A stretch of DNA of 64,000 nucleotides from Okamejei kenojei. Taxonomy: Eukaryota. The notes below the pieces were generated by a model. It made no database searches. It was not told the DNA's origin and saw only the letters and a program-made list of their open reading frames with translations. Of this stretch, positions 49,144-61,250 are shown piece after piece (within the stretch, counting starts at the first letter, position 1; each line of letters starts with the position of its first letter). Location of the stretch: contig CM069148.1 of NCBI GenBank assembly GCA_035221665.1, positions 11,656,001 through 11,720,000 of the forward strand. Direction: 5' to 3'. Both the position numbers and the translations under genes were made by a program.

Positions 49144-50839
49144 GAAACCCTTCTTTCAAGGAAGTAAAATGTGTTTTGGTTCATATCAACCACAATCTAA
49201 TTAAAAAATTGAAGGGTCTTAAAAGGGCTGAATCGCCTAGTCCTGTTTCTAATTTCCATGCTAATGGTTCTCAGAGCAGTGAACTCTTCAATAACCTTTT
49301 ACTAGTCAATATCTTTTTAAACTGCATGCCTCCCATTTGGGAGCAGAGAAGTCTGCATCTGTGTAATCAGGCAAACACTCTCCTACAACTAGTTAATCCT
49401 TTATTAAGTAGAACTGAAGAGGGAATCTCCACTCTCCAAACATTTAAGTTTGGAAACAGCTTCATAGTGACCTCCTAACTTGAAGTATAATGCACTCTCA
49501 CAGAGAGAAAGTAGGTTTCAGTAGTAATTGTGGTTCCCCACTTGAGTCCCATTGTTAACACCTCACTCATTATCATTATTCTTCCCTTCAGCTGAATAGA
49601 TAGGATATTTACTTATGAGTATGCCTAAAGAATTAAATGCTCCAATTAACTCTGGTTTTTGATGCAATTTGAATATTTAAACTAAAGTAGACATTACTTT
49701 GAATCACAACAAACATGTAATTTAACCCTACTTGCTTTAGTTACCCAAGCTTTTTATTTGTTCTTCGAACATGAGATATAAGAGAAGCAATAAACTATAC
49801 AACTTCTTAAGCCTACCACACCTTTCATTACAATGCACCAATGGATTTGTCTCTTCTTCTGTGCCTATTATCCTTGATTCTTCCATAACTCCTAAATCCT
49901 TTGGTTCAATCCTGCTTGACTCAGCATATTGCACCTCTGCAATCCCTTTATCAAACCAATTAAAGAATAAATTGACCTTGACAATTTGCTTGGTAAAATT
50001 GTAACTTGTCCCTAGTGTGTGTCGGATAGTGTAAGTATGCAGAGATTGCTGGTCAGCGCAAACTGTGTGTTAAAGGGCTTATTTCTGCTCTGTATCTCTA
50101 AACTAAGCTAAACTTAACTTTGATTTTATTTGTTTAAATAGGTGGGTATCTCCATATGAAACGATAGGCAAGGGCAAGTAGTCTTTTTATTTTTTATTTT
50201 AACAATTTTAATGTTTCTAAATCACTTTTAATTTTTCTGCTATTTAATCTATTTCAATAGCCTTTGAATGTTTCTGATGAGGTGTAATATATTATCAGGG
50301 GTTGGATCACACTCCAAAGCTGAAGCTTCCACAATGTATGGAGCATGTTCTGCATTGAGGGAGGCCCCAGTTAGAGCTCAGCTGTGTGAGCTCATAGCCC
50401 ACTGTTGCAGCAACCACATCGACTCTGCATGCAGGTTGATGTTACTGTTGTGTGACCAGAGACCTCTGTTCCATGGTGCAAAGGCACACGGTTCAAGTTG
50501 GATATTGCACACGACTTATGCTCAGAAGTGTCCAACTGTGGTAGAGCCGTTAATTGCCTCTGCAAATCGCCCCGGGAGTGCTGGGAGTGGATAACATAGA
50601 ACTAGTGTGAATGGGTGATAAATGGTCGGCATGAACTTGGTAGGGCTTAGGGCATATTTCGATGCTGTATCTCTAAAATTTATAGATAAATAATATAGCA
50701 CTTCAATTCGGTTGTGTGCCATGTATATGCTGTGATAGATTTTCAAGGCTTGTTATAAATATCTCTTCCGATTCAGTGTAGCACCAGATCTCATAACTGG
50801 AATAGAGGTAATTAAAAAAAATAACGATCGTGATAATTA

Positions 50840-51860
50840 TTGAGCAAAAAACAAAATGGCGGAGGAACTCAGTGGATCAGGTAGCATCTGTGGTGGAATG
50901 GACCGATGAGCATTTCTTGATTAATAAGAGTGTCAACGGTTACTGGGAGAAGGTAGGAGAATGGGGTTGAGAGGGAAAGATAGATCAGCCATGATTGCAT
51001 GGTGGAGTAAACTTGATGGGCTGAATGGCCTACTTCTGCTCCTATGTCTTGATCTTATGATGGCATTTTGGGTTGGGGCCTTCTTTAGACTCCTGAGACT
51101 TTAACGGGATCCCCACCTGAAATACAGTCTGCCCATTCCCTCCACAGATGTTACCTGAACCACTCAGTTCCTCCAGGTCACTATTTATGCTCAAGATTTC
51201 AGCATCAGCATTTCCTTGTGTCTCCATGTGATTATTATTGGTCAAATAGCGAAACTAAAAATCTACTGCTATCTCATTAAATACCCTAATTTTACCATCA
51301 CCGTGTTCTAGAAATCTGATATGAAAACAGACAAGGTTGGAAACCTCAACGGGTCTGCAGAATCATGGAAAGTGCAACAGTTAACATTCCGGCTCTGGAA
51401 TCCTTCATCAGAAAATAAAACAAATCAGTGTTGGAGTAGGTGGTAATAGGAAGTTAGAACAGAGGAATTATCTCTTCTTAAGGTTACAAGTTCATTATTG
51501 TGTGCAATCGTGGGGTTTGAGGACCATGGATGGTGAGGTTGTGGGACAAGCCCAGCAGGACAGTTGAAATGAATAGAAAAAGAAAAATTGATCAAAATGA
51601 TGACAGACCAATTCTAATGCAAATGGAAAGATAGAGTGAGTTCCCTAAAGATGGATAATTCGATGTCAAGTCCGGGAGGCTGCAACATGCTAAGATGGAA
51701 GATGACTCTTTATTTCTCAAGCTTACATTGGATCACATTGTAACAGTGTAGGATGCTAGTGACAGAAAGGTCAGACTGGGATGGAGAATTATAGAGGTAG
51801 GCAAGTGAAAGCTCAGGGTCACTCCTGCAGAATGCCATAGGTGCATGAAAAAGGTGATCC
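50840..51860. mobile_element. Old Penelope-derived pieces: a foldback ~50840-51225 with a CR1 tail in its centre, and a minus-strand GIY-YIG/3' remnant ~51305-51860
   Basis: Inverted arms ggaggaactcagtggatcaggtagcatctgtgg / ccacagatgttacctgaaccactcagttcctcc. Degenerate endonuclease C-terminus near 51650-51830. Confidence 0.6.
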
Positions 51861-52254
51861 TTAATTGGAATTTTGTGTTTCAACAATTTCTTGTAACGAT
51901 TACCAACTTTGAAACCAAGATAATGTTATGGGTATAGGTTACTAATTCCTTGTAGTGTACACTACATTTGGATCATTATAATGAGGACCTGGGCCTCAGA
52001 TTTGCAGAGCCCCACGTATCCCAATTTTGAATATCACCTAAAAGTCATCATTAGGCACTGTGCAGGCATAATCTGGCAAGTTGCTATTACCTGATTCCTT
52101 AAATGTATTAACATAATTATATTGCAACTCTTTACAGTTATAATGTCTTTCTTTCAAAGATGTGGAACCCACATTACCATTGTTCCATTAAGTAAAAAAC
52201 AACATGTTGCTGCTGACAGACTGAGGAGTGAAAGTTTAATTGACAATGTAGGCA

Positions 52255-53460
52255 GGCATTTTTTTAATACATTTTTATTGAGCCATTAAAAAATGGGTAC
52301 AGATTATGTTGCCATATCCAAGCTCATTTTTTTCCAAATGTACATATCAAAACAGAACATTTGGGTATAATACAAAAAATATTGGCGGGCATGTCTATGA
52401 AAACAAAATTTAATAAATAAATAAATAAATAAATAAACAATGGGTGAAAAAAAAAGTAAATAATAAAAATAAATAAGTTCATAAGTAAAGTGCAGGAGGC
52501 GACGGCAGTATATAGGGAGCAGTTCAGTGCAATAATTATTTGTGAAGACTTGATTCTCAAGCTTCTAACTTTCTTGTCTTCTATCCCTTACTCTTATTTT
52601 CATTAAAATTGATAGTTTAGAGTGTAGATAAGGTTTGTGTTATGTGTCAATATTCTTCTGTGCAAGAAATGACATAAATAGTTGCCAGATTTTATTAAAT
52701 TGGTTGACTCTATTCTTTAGAACATATCTTATTCTTTCTAAATGTAATGTACTGGTCAAGTCATGAAGCCACATTCTGAAATTGGGAGCTGTTGTTTTTT
52801 TCCATGACATGAGCAGTAGTTTCTTTGCCGTAATGAGACAGTAGGAGAGGAATTGTCGTTGAGCAGTTGTGAGTGGTCTTGATGTTTCAGATACCCTGAG
52901 GATGATTAATAAGGGCTCGGGGTTTAATGGGATGTTAAGAATGTCTGAAATATTCTTAAATATATCAGACCAGAAAGAGGTGAGTTTAGGGCACGATAAA
53001 AAGTTATGAAAAAGAGTAGCATCTGAGGAGTGACATTTATCACAAGTAGGAGAAACATTTGGATATATACTGTGTATTTTTGCCTTGGAGTAGTGACGTC
53101 TATGTATAATTTTGAACTGTATGAGGCAGTGTCTAGCATTGTTTGAGCACCTATGTGTAAGTTTGAGGCTTTTCTCCCATATTTCATCTGGTATTTGTAC
53201 ATTTACGTTGTTTTCCCAATTGACCTTATATTTGCTAGAGGATGGAGAGGTTATTGATAGAACCCATACATATAGGAGATGAATTTGTTTTTATATGGTG
53301 ATGTTTTAAGGTAGTCATCTATTTGAGACAATTTCAAGATAGTTTTGACATTTTTTTGGCAGAGGACTCTTGGGGGAATAAAGTGCGATGTGAAATCTGT
53401 GATCTTTGGACCAGCTGAAGGATAGAAACATTCTTCCTGCTTTTAGGTTTCTCATGATAA
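52255..53460 (-). mobile_element. Decayed L1-clade LINE 3' fragment
   Basis: T-rich tail tttttttaatacatttttattg; minus-strand translation near 52780-52900 gives ..LITAKKLLLMSWKK, like the L1 at 48000-48070. Confidence 0.65.
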
Positions 53461-55559
53461 CAAAATGCATTATGTGCATATACATACTACTAAATGTATG
53501 CATACTAGGATGCACAAATATATATGCATTATGATTAAGCATAGTCTCTACGAATCACCAGAGTTAGAGCAAAATATCTCAGTGTTTTTCAAGGCCACAT
53601 ACTATTTTTTTATACTTCCTCTAAGTTATCATTATGGGGGATGGTGTATGTTTATTTATGTTTATTAATATTACAAGCCAGTGTGTAAAAAAATTCTGAA
53701 CCAAGAGAGAAGACTTCTTATTAGACTGGATTGATAAAAAAAATCCTTAATAAGCTTAATGTGCCAACAAATATTGTTTTTATCTATTTTGCTCAAAGTG
53801 CTAATATGTAAAAGTGCCAAGTGCAAATATATAAAAAATATGTTTATATGTAAACTTGTAGCGTTCATTTTGAATGACTTTGAGTTTAGTTTATTGTCAC
53901 ATGTTGGAAGATACTGTGAAGCATGCTAACTGTTTAAACATGCTGTTATCACTGCTACTTGCTTTGCTTTATGAATATTAGGGATAGCTAGCAGGAACTA
54001 GGTTTCAAAAGCTGCATCAAATTATATGATAATGCTAAACAAGATTGAATATTTCTGAAGAGATAAAAATTTGTCAATGGGTGGATTTCTATTACAGGCA
54101 AAATTTAAGCAGCACTAACATTGCAATCAGATTTGCTCTTGTGACATATTTATAGAGTAATAGGAAGCTCGAGTTGATGTTCCAGGTTGAGTTACTTTCT
54201 ATACTTATTCTGCACTAAGAAGAGGCACACCGATGAGCATAGAAAATCAACCCTGGTCCACATTTGAGCATTAATGGAAAGCAGCATTTGTTTAATCCTA
54301 ATACTTATTTTCTGGTATAAGTGGCATCCAAACTCAACTGGGTTGAAAATAAATGAGTATAAAATGCATTGGAGAAAATTAAAAATTTCTGCCTGATGAC
54401 TCCAATGGATGTCAGTTATGGATCAAACCCAACATCAGTTAAATGAAGTGAAAATTGTATTCTTGGCTTGATAAAGATGAAAATGGATTTCTGGTCATGA
54501 AGTAGATGTACATGTCACTTTTTAAAAAGGTGTTAGCAATTTACTTCACCAACTAAAGTGTGAGTTCCATATGATACTGGACTCAAAATCTGAGCAATCA
54601 ATAAAAGCTTCTACTTCATTACGTTTATAATAAAGGGCTATAGATCTGCACAGCATAAATGTTAGTAAGTTGGAAATTTGCAAGGACAGTGTGTTGATTC
54701 TGTCATCTAAAACAACATCGCCACCTTGAGGCACAATGTACTCAGTGTTGTATTCATCAGTGTTTGTAACAGTAAAATATTCTCAGATAGAGACAGTGGG
54801 GAAATTGCCCCATATGCATTTCCAATGACTTCAAATTGGACTCTCTGATTTAGCTTTGGTGTGTATATTGAACCTGTAGATTACTGTTAATAACAGGGAA
54901 TGTAAAATCAATATTTACTCTAACAGGGGGATAGTTTAACCCATTTAAAATAGACCAGTTAACAAACCTGTTGCATCTTAATAGTTAGGAATGTAAGACT
55001 GGAAATAGGCAATACTACCCCATTAGTTTGCTTCACCATTCAATAAGATAATAACACCTGTTCTTCAACCTTTCATATATCTTGATCTTCTTACTCAAGA
55101 AAAGTTTGTAAGTACATACATGGCAATTCTAGAAATGCAACATTATAGGCGGGCCGTCTCCAAATTTCTTCCAAATTTTATCAGAAAATAATATTTCCTA
55201 ATCCCAGTCCCAAGTAACCTAGTTCTAATTTATAGCTCCAGTTTTTGCTCCAGTTTGCAGCATTTGCAATCTCTTGTGCCTCTAACCTCATTATAATTTT
55301 AACATATCTTCACACTCAAAGGACAACAAAGGTTCAAACAATGTTTATTTTCTGTAATTCAATTTCTCAATAACCTTTCTTGATAAATTGGAAGCACGTT
55401 CCACTAAATTCAGGATGTTAGACTAAATTTTCTAATTTGCTTCAAGTTTGAATTGCGTGATTTCCTTTTTTCTGCAGCACATTAGTTTGCGATGAAAATA
55501 GTTTACAGTAAGGAATTCTTTAGTGACTATTCCTCTTGCAAAATACTCAGTTCCCTAAG

Positions 55560-56492
55560 TTATCCTATCAGGAGGCTAGATAGTTTGGGTCTGTATACCT
55601 TGAATTTTAAAAGAACGATGAGTGACATGTAAGATCCACAGGGAGCTTGACAGGGTAGCTGTTTATCTTTGGTTTAAATGTTTTCACTCGTGGGCGAACA
55701 ATGGGACATAGCAACAACATAATGGGATGTAGCTAAAATGGAGGCCAGATAAAACTGAAGTGTGTAGAACATTGTTCTCTCAGAGGATAGTGATGCTCTA
55801 AATCTCTGCACCCAAGGCTGATGGAGGACAGATTATTAGATACAGGTCCACCACCAATTTTCCCACAACTGGTGAACCAACACCTCCTTCAAAAACTGGA
55901 CAAAATTACGAGGGCACACTTGAAATTCCACCCCCAGAATTCACCAAAAAATGTGGCACCTAAGCCACATGACGCGCCCAATCTCGATTTCAACAGGACT
56001 TCTGCGGCCGATTAGTTGAATTTGCGCCCTACGGTCAAGGCACTGGAACTCCGGCCTGGCTGCAGCCGACAGATCCATACCTACAGCTTATTTCCGAGAC
56101 GACTTTGCGGGCAATCATCTTGGCCCCTCGACGGCCCAAGCAAACAGTTCCGGTACTGTTCGATAATCCAAAAAGGTTCTGAACGGGGGGGGGGGGGGGG
56201 GGGGGGGGGGGGCATACTATGGTGGACCGGAGGTACATTGGAGGTACAGGAAACTCTGCTCTGTCGAATGTGGCTACCTGGATTGAAAAAGGGGTGCTGG
56301 TGGTGGAAGCAGATTTGATAGTGGTGTTTAAGAGTCTTTTAGGTAGCCATATAGAGTCATGGAATTTAAGGATATGGATCATGTGTAGGACGAGGAGATT
56401 AACGTGGCATTATGTTCGGTACAGACATAATGGGCCAAAGGGCCTCTTTGTACGATTTGTACAAAGGTGCTGTACCGTTCTATGTTCTATGA
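55560..56492 (+). mobile_element. CR1/HER 3' fragment split by a TIR element
   Basis: CR1-like sequence at ~55560-55840 and ~56270-56492, ending ttctatgttctatgatt. Confidence 0.55.
55843..56230. mobile_element. Possible non-autonomous Tc1/pogo-type TIR element (MITE-like)
   Basis: TA|CAGGTCCACCA at 55841-55853 and inverted TGGTGGACCGG at 56220-56230 (10/11 match); CpG-rich interior containing a G28 run. Confidence 0.4.
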
Positions 56493-56786
56493 TTCTTGTT
56501 TTTAGTCTAAATGTGGAATATTTTGGTTTGCTTATTTAACCAAGACTGCTATCATTAAGGCAATCATTATTATTCATGGAAGCTGGCAATAGTGTTTTCA
56601 ACTAACATTTAATTTCAATGATCTGTTTCATGATTTTGCAGTTGCAGGAGCAGAGATCCAGAGAAGGAAAATGGAGTCACAAAGTTGCTTCCTCATTTCC
56701 ATCCATGCCCTGATCAGAGGGTGGCTCTCATGTTGAGTTAGATAATTGTTTGTTGCATAATTCTATTGTTGGAGGTGGTGGCGAGG

Positions 56787-57052
56787 CTTAGTTTAGCTTA
56801 GATTAATTTAGCTTAGTTTAGTTTAAAGATGTGGAAGCAAGGTCCTTTGACACACTTTATCCACGCCGACAATCGATCAGCCATACACTAGTCCAATTAA
56901 CCTACAAACCTGCATGCCTCTTGAATGTGGGAGAAAACCGGAGAAAACCCACAAAGTCACAGGGAGAAGGTGCAAACTCTGCACAGACAGCACCCGTAGT
57001 CTGGATTTAATCCAATTCTCTGGCGCTGTGAGGCAGCAGCACTACCGCTGTC
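56787..57052 (-). mobile_element. HE1-type SINE with (TTTAG)-like tail
   Basis: Reverse-complement match of tail, core and head (ctctggcgctgtgaggcagcagcactaccgctg). Confidence 0.85.
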
Positions 57053-57539
57053 CAAAGCTTCATCGATAAACTTGATATCACACCTTAGACGCTGGGGAAA
57101 TATGTGAAAGATGAAGGAATGGTAAACAAAGTTGAAATCTCAAGATACATTTGAAGTGGCCAAACAATCATCGGAGGAAGAGATGAATCTCTAGAGACAA
57201 AAGGCACCAATGGGAGTAAAGAGAGATCATGTATATGGTATTGAGATGTAAATGTTAGACAGCAGAGTCGACAAATACACATATGTCCTGCTCTTCTGTT
57301 TCCATGAGTACCTTCCATGGCTGAACTCACCTTTGGATTGTGCGCAAGGAATAAGTTATGAATTACTCTTGTGACTCTTTAATGCATAAAAATTAAGTTC
57401 TGATTATTTTTTTCAGTAAAACACCTTGGAAATGTTGGAAATCTGAGATAAAGACTGTTTCTGCAAGAACAATTAGACAGCAGCATCTGTTAAGAGAGAA
57501 TTAGAGTTAAAGTCACTTAAGGTTGCTGATAGAATACAT

Positions 57540-58600
57540 TGTAATTGTACCCTCCTCTACCACCTCTTCTGGCAGCTCTGTCCACGCCACCCTCTGTGTG
57601 GAACAACTGACCCCTCAGATCTCCTCAAATCTTTCCTCTCTTCCCTTAAACCTGTGCCCTTAGCCTGAAGAAGGGTGCAAACCCGAAACGTCTCTCTAAA
57701 TGGGACATGTTGGGCAAGTTAGGCTGAAGGGCCTATTTCTACGCTGTATTACTCTATGACTCTGGATGCTTTCAAGAGAGAGCTAGATAGGACTCTTAAA
57801 AATAGTGGAGTCAGGGGATATGGGGAGAATGCAGGAATGGGGTACTGAATGAGGATGATCAGCCATGATCACATTGAATGGCGGTGCTGGCTCAAAGGGC
57901 CGAATGGCCCACTCCTTCACCTATTGTCTATTGTCTATTGTCTATTGTCTATTGACTATAAGTGTATAAAATTATGAGAGGCATAGATGTAGACAATCAG
58001 AACCTTTTTCCCAGGATGAAAATATCAAACACTAGAACATGGAACATGCTGTCAGGGTTGGTGATCGATGCAGGTCTAACAGTGGCCTGTAAGCGACTGT
58101 TTGATAGGCATGTGTATATGCAGGGAATGGAGGGATATGGATTACATGCAGGTGGATATAATAGATGGTCTTGGACTCATATGCGACATAGACATTGTGG
58201 GCCAAAGGACTTATTTCTATGCTGTTCAATATTCTGTATTTCAGGCCGATGAACTCCCATGATGAGAGGTCATCAACATGACATTAATTTTATTAAACTT
58301 TCTCACAGTTTAGCCAATATCCAGGTGAAGCTGACAATGTTCCTGTCAGGTGTTTGCATTTTACCTGCCTTGATTTATGTAGTTTCCATAGTCTGAAGAA
58401 GCGTCCTGACTATAAATGTTGCCTATTCCTGTTCTCCAGAGATGCTGCCTGACCTTCTGAGTTATTCCAGCACTTTGTGTCGCAATTATTATGTGTTTCC
58501 CATGTACTCCAGAGATGCTTCCTGATCCACTGAGTTACTCAAGTACTTTGTGTCACTTTTGGTAAACCAGCATCTGCAGTTCTTTGTATCTAAGTAATAA
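57540..58600. mobile_element. Pile-up of CR1/HER tails and Penelope terminal fragments
   Basis: CR1 - at ~57540-57660; hammerhead piece ctgaagaagggtgcaaacccgaaacgtc at 57665-57692; CR1 + tails at 57700-57958 ((ctattgt)n) and 57960-58225; PLE ends at 58390-58595. Confidence 0.7.
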
Positions 58601-58737
58601 TTATGTCAGCTGCAGCTCTGGAATGTGGGAGGAAACTCGATAACCCGTAATGGTCAGTATTGTGCTTCTAGTATGTATCTTCTGCTTTTCAGATGAGATG
58701 TTAAACCAAGGCTTTGTATGTCACTATTTTTCCCATT

Positions 58738-59130
58738 ATTTTTGTTTGGAATCTGGATATTGATTGCAATACCAGCATTTATTCACCACTCCAAACCGTC
58801 CTTGAGAAGGTGGTGGTGAACCACTGCTGACTCTCTGGTGAAGGTACTTCCATGATATTATTGCGTTGAGAGTTTCAGGACTTAGACTCAGCAAAGATGA
58901 AGGATCATTAACATATTTCCAAGTCAGGCTGAAGTACGACTTGGAAGTGAATCTGCAGATGATGTTGAACACATTGACATGTTACCTTTGTCCTTCTTGT
59001 GATTGAAGTCATGGGTCTGGAAGGTTTTATGAGAGTAGCCTGGGTGATTAACTGAAGTGCATTTTGTAGATGGTACAACACGGAAACAGCTACGATGCGC
59101 TTGCTAATGATGGAATCAAGAGAATGGCCT
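58738..59130 (-). mobile_element. Old CR1/L2-clade LINE 3' end
   Basis: ccagcatttattc..ccttgagaaggtggtggtga..gagtttcaggactt..tttccaagtcagg resembles a common chondrichthyan LINE 3' region; assignment is from memory. Confidence 0.5.
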
Positions 59131-59289
59131 TCACGCTCAAGTCATGTCAAGTCAAGAGTTTGATTGTCATATGCATTGGGACCGGAACAACTTCCAAACA
59201 TTGTTCAAAATGGCAGAACACTGATTAATTTAGAGAAGGAGGATAGTCAGTGGCAAGAGGAGGTTTCTTTGCCCAATTACCTAATTTAG

Positions 59290-59487
59290 CAAAGAACTGC
59301 AGATGCTAGCTTACACCGAAGGTGGACACAAAATGCTCATCACGAAATAACTCAGTGGAACAGGCAGCATCTCTGGAGAGAAGGAATAGGTAAAGAAGGG
59401 TCTCGATCCAAAATTTCACCCATGCCTTCTCTCCAGAGATGCTGCCTGTCCCGCTGAGTTACTCCAGCATGTTGTGTCTATCTTCGA
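59290..59487. mobile_element. Penelope-derived foldback element
   Basis: Arms taactcagtggaacaggcagcatctctggagagaagg / ccttctctccagagatgctgcctgtcccgctgagtta. Possible decayed TSD acctaatttag / acctgattcag. Confidence 0.8.
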
Positions 59488-61128
59488 CCTGATTCAGTAC
59501 TCTGAAGAAGAACAAAGTAGCTATCCTTAGTGTCCTCATCCTTAATTCAACATCATCAACTGGTCATTATCTCACAACTGTTAATAAGAGTTTAACAAAC
59601 ATAGGATGAAGGCATTTTTCCTACATTAGAACATTGTTTTCAGGCAATGTGGGTGCATCGTATAAATGCAGGGAGAGATTGGTAAGACTGTAATGTGAAT
59701 AATCTTTGGTTGGTCTACAGAAAATGAAGAGGAAAGAGTATAATTCCTCCTAGATATGTATTGATACTCTAAGCTAGTTATTAGTGAATACATGAAGTAG
59801 TTTGCAAGATAACTTTCTACGAGATTTGGTTCTTCAAAAGATAAAAGTTTCTCTTAAAATGTGCCTCAACTGTTTGTGGGTCTTTTTGACTCTCTAGTGT
59901 AATGCCTGTGCTTGAATATGCTCCAGAATATACTACTATAACTGAAGTGGCGTGACATAGGATGGAAAGGTAAATGCTGCAAGCAAAGAGATGGCAATTA
60001 ACCATAAGAAACTGATTCGAAAATAAAATATTTTAAATTTTGAACAAAAGATAATGAAGAGAAAAGGGGAAAAAAGTGACATAGCAGTATAAGTAGGAAG
60101 TGAGTCGTAGTGGAAGGAGTGGGGCTAAGGATAAAGAAGATAATGAATGCTTGGAAGCTTGAAGATTATATCAGCGCAGATATTTATCAAGGAAGAGGAT
60201 GCTGCCAAAATCGTAGAAGGGGAGGTAGTAAAGACGGAGTGAAATTTCCTAATGAGGATATACAGAACAAGATAAGAAACAGGACAAGGAAGAACTGCTA
60301 GAGCTTCTTCCACCTTTTAGTAAGATGTTGGCTGGTCCAATCTTGGCCTCATCGACACTAGAAGGGCTGGTTCTGCTTAAAGAAAACAATTTATCTGATC
60401 TGAATGTAATGCATCGTAAGTTGCTAAGGAAAGTGTGGCCACTGTAGAAGTGCTTGCCGTAATCTTCCAGGATACAGGGCAAGCTTCCTTAGGTACAGGA
60501 GAAACCCCAGGGCAATGGGAAATGACAAACATTTGATTTAGGTTTTTTATTATTATTGTCACGTACTGAGACAGTGAAAACATTTGTTTTCCATTCCATC
60601 CAGGCAGATCAGACCGCACATAAGTACATACATATAGCAAGGTAGTGCAAAAGAGAGAACAGAATACAGAATGTAGTATACAGTGTTACAACCACAGTTA
60701 GAGTGCAGATTAAAAAAGGGGCATGTGGTGCAACACAGTACATTGGAAGATCAAGAATTCATCTTAACATGTGAGAAGAACTTTCCAAGAATTGGATGAC
60801 AGCAGGAAATCTGGTGATATGTGCTTTCAAACCTCCGTATCATCTGCCTTACGGGAGAGGGCAGAAGGGAGGATGACTGGGTCGAGAGGGATCCTTGATT
60901 ATGTTGGTTGTTTTCCTGAGGGAGCGGGAATTGTCGATGGAGTCAATGCATGATGGTTTGGGTTTCCTTCACAACTCTCTGCAAATTCTTATGGTCTTGG
61001 GAAGATCAGTTGGCATACCAAACTGTGTTGCATCTGTATAAGATCCATTTGATGGTGAATCGGTAAAAATTGGTGAGAGGCATTGGAAACATACCGAATG
61101 TTCTTAACTTTCTGAGATAGCAGAGGCA

Positions 61129-61250
61129 ACTTCTTCTTCTTGCATAAAGTTGTAAGTCAACTGATTATATTTGATCTCGTTTGTGGATGTCGGGTTGATT
61201 GCATTAGTCGAAACAAGGTGGACCACGTGAAGGTTGCAATCTCCCACTCC
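61129..61250 (-). mobile_element. Short ribozyme-headed retroposon, copy C (internal 3' deletion), inserted in the Rex1-type LINE
   Basis: Perfect 10-bp TSD AGCAGAGGCA at 61119-61128 and 61251-61260; tail GCAAGAAGAAGAAG. Confidence 0.9.
61197..61250 (-). ncRNA. HDV/CPEB3-like ribozyme fold, copy C
   Basis: GGAGTGG GA GATTGCA ACC TTCACGT GGT CCACCTT G TTTCGA C TAA TGCAATC: perfect P2 and P3, P1 with one mismatch, J4/2 CUAA with the C at 61207. Confidence 0.8.

Noticed and set aside
54718-54731. CTCF-like motif (minus strand CCTCAAGGTGGCGA)
   Set aside because: A single moderate match is expected by chance in 64 kb and has no supporting evidence.
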